Shown here: piece after piece, positions 1 through 8,721 of the stretch | Position numbering within the stretch: the stretch's first letter is position 1 | Layout: every line of letters begins with the position of its first letter | Source: Candidatus Sumerlaeales bacterium | GTDB taxonomy: Bacteria; Sumerlaeota; Sumerlaeia; Sumerlaeales; Sumerlaeaceae | Direction of reading: 5' to 3' | Length of the DNA stretch: 64,000 bases | Assembly: GCA_038243585.1 (NCBI GenBank) | Contig: JBBSQY010000004.1 | Span: 1 to 64,000, forward strand | Made by a program: the position numbers and the translations under genes | The notes under the pieces: model-generated | What the model was told of the DNA's origin: nothing | The model's database searches: none | What the model saw: the letters and a program-made list of their open reading frames with translations, nothing else

Positions 1-270
1 ACATGGCACCTGCCCATCGAAAAGTTTCCCAACACCCACAGCAAACACAGCCGCATCAGCCTGCTCGAACCCCACATCCTCGCCGGCAGCATCCTCTTCC
101 AGCAAACCCTGCGGCAGGAGTTCTTCGTTCAGGCGGACGAATACAACGGCCGCCCCAACACCCACGACGACGGCCTCGACGCCCTCGCCAGCTGCGTAGA
201 AATGATCCGCCAAACCCAAACCCTGAAAAATCCAATCCGGAACATCAGGGGGCGGGCGACACGGTTTTGA
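1..270 (+). CDS. Phage terminase large subunit, C-terminal nuclease domain (partial, runs in from left edge)
   Basis: Frame 1, absent from the ORF track, reads ...SKHSRISLLEPHILAGSILF...EFFVQADEYNGRPNTHDDGLDALASCVEM...RF* with TGA at 268-270. The K..RI..L.P...G.I.F and HDD.xDA pattern is typical of TerL C-termini. Confidence 0.7.
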   Translation, partial: TWHLPIEKFPNTHSKHSRISLLEPHILAGSILFQQTLRQEFFVQADEYNGRPNTHDDGLDALASCVEMIRQTQTLKNPIRNIRGRATRF

Positions 271-714
271 GTACATCGGAAATAAGGTGACACATACCAT
301 GGAATTTCTGGAAATGTAGGGACGGGAAAAGTATCTCTGGACGGAAACCATGTCGTATATGCCGCCGCGTACGCACATTATCAGCGCTGTCCGGATAAAT
401 GGAACCACTACGCGAATTTCGCTTTAATTGACGGGATACAGTAAATCATGGCCCTATTGCATTTCTCTAACAAACGACTAAAGTTCCAAACCTCGCCGGT
501 GACTTCACTGGCGCTTACTCCACCCTGACGACTCCGAGTGATTTTCGCCGGGGGAGTCAACGTTCGTAGTTGAAGACCAGATTTAATTTGAAAAAGGCCA
601 TCTCCTTTTCGCATTATCTCCTGACCTAGTTAACCGCCAAAGATGTGCATAGCGGTTCACCATCATAAGCACTATAAGCAGTTTCGCCCTACACCATATT
701 AATAAGGTTTTGTT

Positions 715-2526
715 ATGTCTAATATTACAGTTCGTCTTCCCCGTTTTCTCCGTATACGCCCGATGGTCTTCGACCTTAACTCGCCGTTTCAAGGATCGCC
801 AAAGGCAGAGATCTTGTCTGGTCTTACTGTCGCTCTTGCCCTTGTTCCGGAAGCCGTCGCGTTCGCGTTTGTGGCAGGTGTTCCGCCGCTGGTGGGTCTC
901 TATTCTGCTTTTATCATTTGTTTTATCACCGCGATTCTGGGTGGACGGCCTGGGATGATTTCAGGAGCGACCGGGGCTATGGCCGTGGTGGTTATTGCGC
1001 TTGTTGCTGTTCATGGAATCGGCTATCTTTTTCCTGCGGTCATTCTTTGCGGTATTTTTCAAATCATCATTGGTTTGCTGAGGCTGGGTAAACTGATTCG
1101 GCTCGTACCCCATCCTGTCATGCTTGGGTTTGTTAATGGGCTGGCGCTGGTTATTCTGCTGGCGCAGGTTGGCAGTTTTAAAACTTTCAGTGCGGCCGGT
1201 ACGATGGAATTTCTATCGGGCGGACACATGTGGCTGATGTTGGGGCTGGTAGTCCTGACAATGGCCATCATCTTTTTTCTGCCCCGGCTGACCAAGGCTG
1301 TGCCGTCTTCGCTTGCCGCGATCCTGACCGTATCTGTGATTGCGTTCGGAATCAATCACGCCATGGTGGATGCTCCCGGGAAAACTGTGAATCCCGTGCG
1401 GACGGTGCATGATATGCTGGTGGATAATTCCAGGGCCGCCGCCGTGGCGAGTGCGCAGGGCGTAATAACGACGGAGGTTATTGGTTCCGCGCAGGCCGCA
1501 CTTCCTGTAGGGGTTAAGGCAGTTCTCGACTCTGACGGTTCCGCCATTGCGCTTTCTCCGGAGCAAACAGCTGCGGCAGCTTCAACCGTGGATCCCGAAA
1601 AGGTTGGCATCGCCGGGGGACTACCGCGGTTTGCATGGCTGGACTATAAGTTGCCACCGCTAACGCTGGGGACCCTATGGATCATTCTGCCTTTCTCTCT
1701 GATTTTGGCCGGGGTGGGACTTATTGAATCGCTTCTGACTCTTACGCTTATTGATGAGCTTACCGAAACGCGTGGACGCGGGAACAAGGAATGCATGGGG
1801 CAGGGCGTGGCCAATGCAGTCTGCGGTATCTTTGGCGGCATGGGCGGATGTGCCATGATCGGTCAGTCTCTGATCAATGTTAAATCGGGCGGACGTCGGC
1901 GCCTGTCTGGAATTACAGCAGCTGTTGGATTGCTGGTGTTCATACTGTTCCTGGCTCCGCTGATTGAGGCTGTTCCAATGGCGGCCCTGGTGGGCGTAAT
2001 GCTGATGGTTGTCATCGGCACCTTTGAGTGGACAACTCTTCAAACCTGGCGGCGCATTCCTGTAACCGAGGTTTTGGTGATGCTTTTAGTTGCGGGATAT
2101 ACAGTGTTTATGCATGATCTGGCCACGGCGGTAATCCTCGGAGTTGTCGTCTCATCCTTGATATTTGCCTGGAACAAGTCAAAGCATCTGACTGCGGACA
2201 TCTCGTTTAACGAGTTTGGAAGCAAAATATACCAGCTTCATGGTGCGCTCTTTTTTGCATCTGTCTTGCGATTCCGGGAATTGTTTGACCCTGCCAATGA
2301 CCCGGAGGATGTCGTGATCGATTTCTATTTTACCCGCGTTTATGATCAGTCCGGGCTGGAAGCAATTAATACCCTGGCGGAGCGTTATGCCAAAGCCGGC
2401 AAACGGCTTCATCTGCGCCATATGAGCGACGACTGCCGCCGCCTCCTGGACCGCGCGGGAGACCTCGTGGAAGTAAACATCAGCGAGGATCCTCACTACC
2501 ACGTGGCCATTGACCGGGTCGTGTAG
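715..2526 (+). CDS. SulP/SLC26 family anion permease with C-terminal STAS domain
   Basis: [47 protein letters not shown]-like GALFFAS...D.SG. The start may be the ATG at 763. Confidence 0.93.
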   Translation: MSNITVRLPRFLRIRPMVFDLNSPFQGSPKAEILSGLTVALALVPEAVAFAFVAGVPPLVGLYSAFIICFITAILGGRPGMISGATGAMAVVVIALVAVHGIGYLFPAVILCGIFQIIIGLLRLGKLIRLVPHPVMLGFVNGLALVILLAQVGSFKTFSAAGTMEFLSGGHMWLMLGLVVLTMAIIFFLPRLTKAVPSSLAAILTVSVIAFGINHAMVDAPGKTVNPVRTVHDMLVDNSRAAAVASAQGVITTEVIGSAQAALPVGVKAVLDSDGSAIALSPEQTAAAASTVDPEKVGIAGGLPRFAWLDYKLPPLTLGTLWIILPFSLILAGVGLIESLLTLTLIDELTETRGRGNKECMGQGVANAVCGIFGGMGGCAMIGQSLINVKSGGRRRLSGITAAVGLLVFILFLAPLIEAVPMAALVGVMLMVVIGTFEWTTLQTWRRIPVTEVLVMLLVAGYTVFMHDLATAVILGVVVSSLIFAWNKSKHLTADISFNEFGSKIYQLHGALFFASVLRFRELFDPANDPEDVVIDFYFTRVYDQSGLEAINTLAERYAKAGKRLHLRHMSDDCRRLLDRAGDLVEVNISEDPHYHVAIDRVV

Positions 2527-2731
2527 AAATAGATGACGGGCGGAAGTTGCTGTATTAAAAGATAGAGATGGAGCCAGCCCAACACTGACATGTCTTATTA
2601 AGCACCCATAGATCGGCGAAACGCTATGGAAAAGCTGCCGGCGTTGTCTATATTATCACGGTGCTGCTTCAGTCTCGCTTACATGCGCAGCGCGTTCTTT
2701 ATAGATGCACTGAAAGTGATAAACCCTCTCT

Positions 2732-4591
2732 GTGACTACACTAATGATGATCTGGCAGCGTAAGAATTCGCTGATTGCAGCCCTGGCCATTGTGGGCATT
2801 CTAGTGCATCTCGTACTACGGTTCGGATTTCATACCAGTTCTGACACGTACCGGATTCCTCTATTGGTCACGCTGGTTGTCGGGGGGCTCCCGCTTCTTT
2901 ACGACCTGCTCCAGAGCCTCTTAAAACGAAATTTTGGTTCCGATTTGTTGGGTGGCATATCCATAATCACTTCCATCTGGCTGGGCGAGTACCTGGCTGG
3001 ATCGATAATCGTTCTGATGCTTTCGGGCGGTGCTACGCTGGAAAGCTATGCGCTGCAGAGTGCGTCCTCGGCTCTGTCTGCATTAGCAAAACGGTTGCCT
3101 TCAGTTGCGCATCGCAAGCATGGAGCAGAACTGCTGGATGTGCCACTGGCCGAAATCCTGGTAGATGATACGCTTGTCATTTTTCCTCATGAGATTTGTC
3201 CGGCGGATGGCATTGTTGAAGAGGGCCACGGATCAATGGATGAGTCCTACCTTACTGGCGAGCCATTCCAGATAAGCAAGACCAAGGGATCCATGGTAAT
3301 CTCCGGGGCGATCAATGGCGCGTCTGCGCTTACGATCCGCGTTACAAGGATTCCGGCCGACTCTCGTTATGCAAAGATCATGGGGGTGATCAGCGAGTCC
3401 GAGTCGAGCCGTCCACAATTGCGGCGTCTGGGCGATAAGCTGGGAGCTTTCTACACCCCAGTCGCCTTGGCTGTAGCGCTGTTGGCGTGGGCAATCAGTG
3501 GCGAATCGATTCGTTTTCTTGCCGTGCTGGTTATTGCGACTCCATGCCCGTTACTCATAGGGATTCCAATCGCCATCATCGGATCGATATCTCTTTGTGC
3601 GCGCCGGGCCATTATTGTCCGGAGCCCAGTCGCACTTGAGCAGATTGTTGAGTGTCGGGTTGCGATATTTGATAAGACTGGAACTCTGACATATGGGGAA
3701 CCAAAACTGACTGAGCAACTCATTGCGCCGGGATTCGAGCAACAGGATGTGCTGACCCTGGCAGCTAGTCTGGAGCGTTACTCGAAACATCCTCTCGCTC
3801 GCGCAATCATTAATGCTGCGAAGGATGCGGCGCTGCCATCTCCGGAAGCAACCCAGGTCAGTGAACCACCGGGCAGCGGTTTGCAGGGGACGGTGATGGG
3901 TCGTCGGGTTCAGATCACCAGCCGTAAGCATATGGCTATGCAGGATATCTCGGGCACAGACCAGCTTCCACCGGTTGGCGGGGGGCTTGAATGCGTGGTG
4001 ACGATTGATGAGCAGTATGCGGCAACGCTGCGTTTTCGTGATGCGCCACGTTCCGAGAGCCGCTCGTTTGTCAGCCATCTCGGCCCCACCCATGATTTTG
4101 AACGGATAATGCTACTGTCTGGCGATCGAGAATCGGAAGTACGTTACCTGGCGGAGCAGGTGGGTATCACTGAGGTTTACTATCAGAAGAGCCCGGAGGA
4201 AAAGCTCGAAATTGTTCGAGAGCTTACTGCGAAGTCCAAGACGTTGTATGTGGGCGACGGCATTAACGATGCTCCCGCGATGATCGCCGCAACGGTTGCC
4301 CTGGCCATTGGCCAGAACAGCGACGTGACGGTAGAGGCCGCTGGAGTTGTGGTCATGGATAACTCGCTCAAGAAGGTGGATGAGTTCATCCATATAAGCC
4401 GCCGGATGCGCACTATTGCCCTTCAGACGGCCGTGGGTGGGATGGCTTTGAGCTTGGTTGGGATGGGGTTTGCAGCCGCTGGATATCTAGACCCTGTCAG
4501 TGGGGCGATTGCCCAGGAGATCATTGACGTCTTTGCTGTGTTAAACGCATTGCGTGCGGCAATCCCTCCGAAGGTTATGCACGATATGTAG
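2732..4591 (+). CDS. Heavy-metal P1B-type ATPase (P1B-5-like)
   Basis: LTGEP, TPCP, DKTGTLT, HP, GDGINDAP and C-terminal QEIID. No N-terminal metal-binding domain. Confidence 0.93.
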   Translation: MTTLMMIWQRKNSLIAALAIVGILVHLVLRFGFHTSSDTYRIPLLVTLVVGGLPLLYDLLQSLLKRNFGSDLLGGISIITSIWLGEYLAGSIIVLMLSGGATLESYALQSASSALSALAKRLPSVAHRKHGAELLDVPLAEILVDDTLVIFPHEICPADGIVEEGHGSMDESYLTGEPFQISKTKGSMVISGAINGASALTIRVTRIPADSRYAKIMGVISESESSRPQLRRLGDKLGAFYTPVALAVALLAWAISGESIRFLAVLVIATPCPLLIGIPIAIIGSISLCARRAIIVRSPVALEQIVECRVAIFDKTGTLTYGEPKLTEQLIAPGFEQQDVLTLAASLERYSKHPLARAIINAAKDAALPSPEATQVSEPPGSGLQGTVMGRRVQITSRKHMAMQDISGTDQLPPVGGGLECVVTIDEQYAATLRFRDAPRSESRSFVSHLGPTHDFERIMLLSGDRESEVRYLAEQVGITEVYYQKSPEEKLEIVRELTAKSKTLYVGDGINDAPAMIAATVALAIGQNSDVTVEAAGVVVMDNSLKKVDEFIHISRRMRTIALQTAVGGMALSLVGMGFAAAGYLDPVSGAIAQEIIDVFAVLNALRAAIPPKVMHDM

Positions 4592-4721
4592 TCAGGTATG
4601 GCATTGGTGAAATTGTAGAAGGTTGGTCTAGTGAACACCCGCAATGGCTAGTTCATTGCCAGTCAGACCCGACTATAAGGATGATCTATGATTCGGGCTG
4701 GACAGCATCCGAACATTATTA

Positions 4722-5714
4722 TTGCATACGGCAGGTACTTGGAACGGTCAGCCATTTCAGGCGATTTCAGTAAAGGAACTTCTCGTGTTCAGCTTTCATT
4801 TTTTCACCGTTGGTATTCTCACAGCTCTCGCCTTGCTCGTAGCTCCGGCCTCGGGGGCGCCCGACACTTCCGGGCGGTCTGGCAAAAAATCCGGCTCCGA
4901 CACCTCCGCCTCTACCAGCACGGCTGTTCAACCGGCGGTTTCAGGCGGTGATACAGGGGATGACGGGATTGCCATAATCAGCGATCCGTGGTTTGCGGCC
5001 AATGCCAAGTTGAGCAAGCATTTTGATGATGAGTCAAAAACCACATATTATCTAACCCGTATTAACCACAGAGATACTAATGGGAAACTAATTAAGCTCC
5101 ATATGGAGATTTCATACAAAGCAAAAGGTGAAACCGTAAGAGAGTTCGCTGTCAGGAAGAACACTGATATAGCCATCAATGCATCAATGGGCTTAAGCAA
5201 ATTGCCAGATGGTAGAAGGCAACCTGTAGGCATACAGATTATTGATGGGGTCATCAAGCAGGCGCTGTCAAAAAAATCTTATACTTTAGGTATAAAAGAA
5301 GATAATGAGTTAGTATATTATCCGCCAGGCAGCACTGCTTCGGATATATTAAAAGGTGGGTCGACTACAGCGCTTACCGCATTCTCTCCTTTGATAGTTG
5401 ATCACGAGATTACGAGTATGGAGTTATTTAAGAACAACTCAACAACCAAGCATCCAAGACAGGTCGTGGCTCAATATGACAATAAGGATATCTTGTTTTT
5501 CAGCTGTGGCGGTAGAGGATATGACGGTGAGGGAATGACTGTCAGTGAATTGCAAAGGGTGCTGAAAGCATTAAATGTGCGATTTGCCTTCAATCTTGAT
5601 GGCGGAGGTAGCGTTTCCACCATCATCGGAGACCAGAATATTAACAAGAAGATTGATGGGAAGGGCACGTTGGAGCGATTACGACCTAACTTTCTCTACG
5701 TAACAAGAAACTAA
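4722..5714 (+). CDS. Exported phosphodiester glycosidase (NAGPA-like) family protein
   Basis: AINAS, HPRQVVA, GRG...GMT and AFNLDGGGS motifs, plus a signal-like hydrophobic N-terminus. Start uncertain. Confidence 0.8.
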   Translation: MHTAGTWNGQPFQAISVKELLVFSFHFFTVGILTALALLVAPASGAPDTSGRSGKKSGSDTSASTSTAVQPAVSGGDTGDDGIAIISDPWFAANAKLSKHFDDESKTTYYLTRINHRDTNGKLIKLHMEISYKAKGETVREFAVRKNTDIAINASMGLSKLPDGRRQPVGIQIIDGVIKQALSKKSYTLGIKEDNELVYYPPGSTASDILKGGSTTALTAFSPLIVDHEITSMELFKNNSTTKHPRQVVAQYDNKDILFFSCGGRGYDGEGMTVSELQRVLKALNVRFAFNLDGGGSVSTIIGDQNINKKIDGKGTLERLRPNFLYVTRN

Positions 5715-5831
5715 ACAGGGTGACATGAGCAACGCGTTGACCGTGGCATGATGGTTAGATCACGCCCACAAATGGGAATGGGATACAGCTTCTTGCAGAA
5801 TGGTTCCATTTCGCATTTTTGTCTGATCGAG

Positions 5832-7463
5832 TTAATATCCGGACCATGTAACAAGTAGGCCCAATGCCCCTGCCGCTACGCAAAAGAGCAGCATTGGCAC
5901 CATGGTGTACCGGATGACGGTGCCTTCTTTTCCTTGAAGTCCCAGCACTGAAACTGCTGCCACTACATTGTGGACACATGCCATGTTGCCAGCGTCAGCT
6001 CCGAGAAGCTGGAGGCTCAGGATAATCTCAGGGTTGATGCCTGTCTGTTGGGCTATGGAGTATTGCAGGTGGGAGAATGTGAGATTGCTGAAAGTGGCAC
6101 TGCCCGAGACAAACGCCCCCAGCGCACCTATAAACGGAGCCGCCAGCGGCCAGGCAGAGCCGAATGTGGATGAAGCCGCGAGGGCAAGTTCCACTGGCAT
6201 GCTTTCATTGCCGGACGCGTTAATACCACTGTTTACGAAGATGCGTACCATGGCAACCGCACCAATCAGGGATACGGCGGTTGCGGGAATCCCGCTCGCG
6301 GCTGATATAACTGATTCACGAACCTGCTGACGTTTCATCTGATGAAGCCATACCGTGGCTGCGGCGGCGATAAGGAAGAGGAAGCCCGGGGAATAGAGAG
6401 GTTCAATCAGGCTGCCGAGCCCGGTTCCAAGGATATCTGAGGAGCCAACTTTCCACTGACGAAGTATCTCTTTTACTGGTAGTGCGTTAATCCTGGATAT
6501 TAGCAGAAGAGCCACGAGGAGGACGTAGGGCAGCATCGCACGCAGGAAACCCATTGAGGCTGGCGCGGGTGCGATTTGCGTATTTTCCGGCCGAGATGAC
6601 AGGTCGGATTCCTGGTCGAAGCTCCACGAGGTACGAGGCAGGAAGATCCGCTTTTGTATCAGTATAATCGTGGCAAGCAATCCGATGCCACCGCCGGCAA
6701 GCGCGGGGAATTCCGGACCAAGCCATGCGGCGGTGGCAGCCGCTGTTAGGGTATATGCAAAGCCTGCGAACAGGGCAACCTTCCAGACAGCAAAACCCTC
6801 AGTCCATGATTTCCGCGGGGTAAAGAATCGGGTGAACATGACGACGATAATTAATGGAAGAAAAGAGCCCATGGCCAGGTCCATTGTTGCAGCGCGCACG
6901 GCAACCTGGTTTATGAAGTCAGGCTCGATCATAGCTGCTGAACCGTCTCCGGCTTGGAGTCCACGTTCAAGCCCGACCAGTACCGGAGTTCCAATAGCTC
7001 CGAAAGTTACGGGACTGCTGTCGGCAACAAGCGTTAGCACGACAGCGGCAATGGGAGGAAACCCCAAGGTTACGAGCAGGGGAGCGACGATGGCCGCCGG
7101 AGTGCCGAATCCTGCGATGCCTTCCAGGAATGCTGTCACGAGCCAGCCAATCAGGATTAACTGGAGGCGCGGATCGGGGGTTACACGGCACAGTCGATGG
7201 CGTACGCTTTCCACGGCACCGCTTAATTTGAGCATGTTGACAAGGAGTATGGCCCCGAAAACAATTGGAAGGATCGAACCGCCAATGATAGCCCCATCGA
7301 GCACCGACGCAATGACGTGGACAACTGGAACCTGCCAGACGGCAACGGCCAGTATTGCAGTGATAGCCATACTGAGGGGCATCGCTATCTTAGCCGGCAG
7401 GCGAAGTATTACAAGGAAGAGTATAACCAGAAGAACAGGGCTGAGTGCAACGAGGAGTGTCAT
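5832..7463 (-). CDS. lctP: L-lactate permease (LctP family)
   Basis: FLEGIAGFGTPAAI, PVTFGAIGTP, GAFVSGSATFSNLTF, GNMACVHNVVA; polytopic membrane protein. Confidence 0.9.
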   Translation of the reverse strand: MTLLVALSPVLLVILFLVILRLPAKIAMPLSMAITAILAVAVWQVPVVHVIASVLDGAIIGGSILPIVFGAILLVNMLKLSGAVESVRHRLCRVTPDPRLQLILIGWLVTAFLEGIAGFGTPAAIVAPLLVTLGFPPIAAVVLTLVADSSPVTFGAIGTPVLVGLERGLQAGDGSAAMIEPDFINQVAVRAATMDLAMGSFLPLIIVVMFTRFFTPRKSWTEGFAVWKVALFAGFAYTLTAAATAAWLGPEFPALAGGGIGLLATIILIQKRIFLPRTSWSFDQESDLSSRPENTQIAPAPASMGFLRAMLPYVLLVALLLISRINALPVKEILRQWKVGSSDILGTGLGSLIEPLYSPGFLFLIAAAATVWLHQMKRQQVRESVISAASGIPATAVSLIGAVAMVRIFVNSGINASGNESMPVELALAASSTFGSAWPLAAPFIGALGAFVSGSATFSNLTFSHLQYSIAQQTGINPEIILSLQLLGADAGNMACVHNVVAAVSVLGLQGKEGTVIRYTMVPMLLFCVAAGALGLLVTWSGY

Positions 7464-7602
7464 TGGACAGCAATATTGCTAAGACGCGCGCGTATTGTCG
7501 GGTTCAAATTCTTCGCGTCGGCATTAACAGTAAGATTCCAGCCAGGCAGTTGTCGCGCCTGTTGTGGGATATATCCTTAAAAGCACACTATTTGCAGGGT
7601 CA

Positions 7603-7656
7603 CACTACACGAAGATGCACTACACGAAGATGCACTACCGTTGTGCATCTTCGTGT
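7603..7656. repeat. 15-bp tandem duplication fused to a 14-bp perfect inverted repeat (probable terminator hairpin)
   Basis: CACTACACGAAGATG occurs twice (7603-7632). ACACGAAGATGCAC (7622-7635) pairs with GTGCATCTTCGTGT (7643-7656). Confidence 0.8.
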
Positions 7657-7711
7657 CCGTGTAATATTAAGCCTGTTAATGGGTGGCTGGGGTCCGGTAT
7701 TGGTGTTGCTA

Positions 7712-8416
7712 TTACTCTGTTTCGGATTCCAGAATGGCGCCTGACGGGCTCATTTTCAGCTCGTGTTCTTTGTCGCCGTCTACGACCTCAACGCTGATGT
7801 AGTGCTCTTCGACGTGCTCGGCTTCTTTTATGGTGCCGGTTGGGTATTTTTGCTTAATGACCTGTGAGATCGTTGTTGGTAGCGCATCTACAGCGATATG
7901 CTTTTCGATTTCTATTACGGAGCCGTCGCCGGCGAGTTTCACGGATTGCTCCTGCCCATTTACATCGTACTCGGCTTCGTACACCATTGTGGGTCCGTTG
8001 CCTTCGGATTTCAGCTCCTTGATTGTGGCTCCTTTGGAAATTTCCAAAATGCGCGACCGCACCGGCTCTGGTAGTTTCGCCATTTCGACGGGAGTCTCTT
8101 TTTCATCGTCGTCGCCATCATCATCGTTGTCTTTTTCTTCAGCTTCTTCACCTAGGAATTTGCCGTCGGGAGCAATCATGATTTCGCGTTCTTTACCGTT
8201 CTGGTGAAGTTCGACGGTGTAGACCTTTTGACCGGATTGTTCTTCCAGTTCGATTTCGCCAATGGTTGCACCATTGGCATTTTGATCCAAGGTTGCCTTT
8301 ACGGCCGGCGGCAAGTCTGCGATGTTTACTTCCTGGTCTGCGGCCATACTTGTTCCTGAAACTGCGAGGGTTGCTGATATACCCGTTGCTAATACCGCGC
8401 GGTGCCAAACGTTCAT
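7712..8416 (-). CDS. Secreted PepSY-like/BLIP-like repeat protein
   Basis: Signal peptide ending SMA-A; three repeats of LP..V...I......I.E.E.......YE.E....G...E.....G; acidic linker. Confidence 0.75.
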   Translation of the reverse strand: MNVWHRAVLATGISATLAVSGTSMAADQEVNIADLPPAVKATLDQNANGATIGEIELEEQSGQKVYTVELHQNGKEREIMIAPDGKFLGEEAEEKDNDDDGDDDEKETPVEMAKLPEPVRSRILEISKGATIKELKSEGNGPTMVYEAEYDVNGQEQSVKLAGDGSVIEIEKHIAVDALPTTISQVIKQKYPTGTIKEAEHVEEHYISVEVVDGDKEHELKMSPSGAILESETE

Positions 8417-8484
8417 TGTTCTTCTCCCTGGGTTTATAGAAGAGTTCAGGTGTGTTGACTGGCCTCTTCCTGGTTAGCTATACC

Positions 8485-8508
8485 GATTCTATGTTACGGG
8501 AAGATTAC
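8485..8508 (-). promoter_or_regulatory. Degenerate GTAATCTT tandem box upstream of PepSY-like gene
   Basis: Minus strand reads GTAATCTTCCCGTAACATAGAATC, with the same 11-bp period as the boxes at 8655 and 12194. Confidence 0.5.
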
Positions 8509-8654
8509 GGTGGCAATAAATTATATCATCGAAACTACGCGGGAACATTTACCGTGCTTATCCGAATGAATGATTGGTTCTTGCTCGAACCTAGGGACGA
8601 TGGCTCGCATTGCCGGGGCCGCCGGGCCGGGCAGGGGTCGATTTCCAAGGGCTG

Positions 8655-8678
8655 GTAATCTTGTGGTAATCTTCATTC
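8655..8678 (+). promoter_or_regulatory. Tandem direct-repeat box, putative OmpR-family binding site
   Basis: GTAATCTTGTGGTAATCTTCATTC, 22/24 identical to the reverse complement of 12194-12217. Confidence 0.65.
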
Positions 8679-8721
8679 TGTAGCTTCTCTTCAAATTGTG
8701 ATGTGGGAAGCGTTTTGAGTT

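Noticed and set aside
3..290. 95-aa Pro/Arg/Gln-rich ORF in the track
   Set aside because: Off-frame shadow of the terminase-like frame 1 ORF that ends at 270.
560..612. GGAGATGGC on the minus strand resembling a fluoride riboswitch start near SulP
   Set aside because: The pairing segment and downstream conserved motif are missing, and it is on the wrong strand for SulP.
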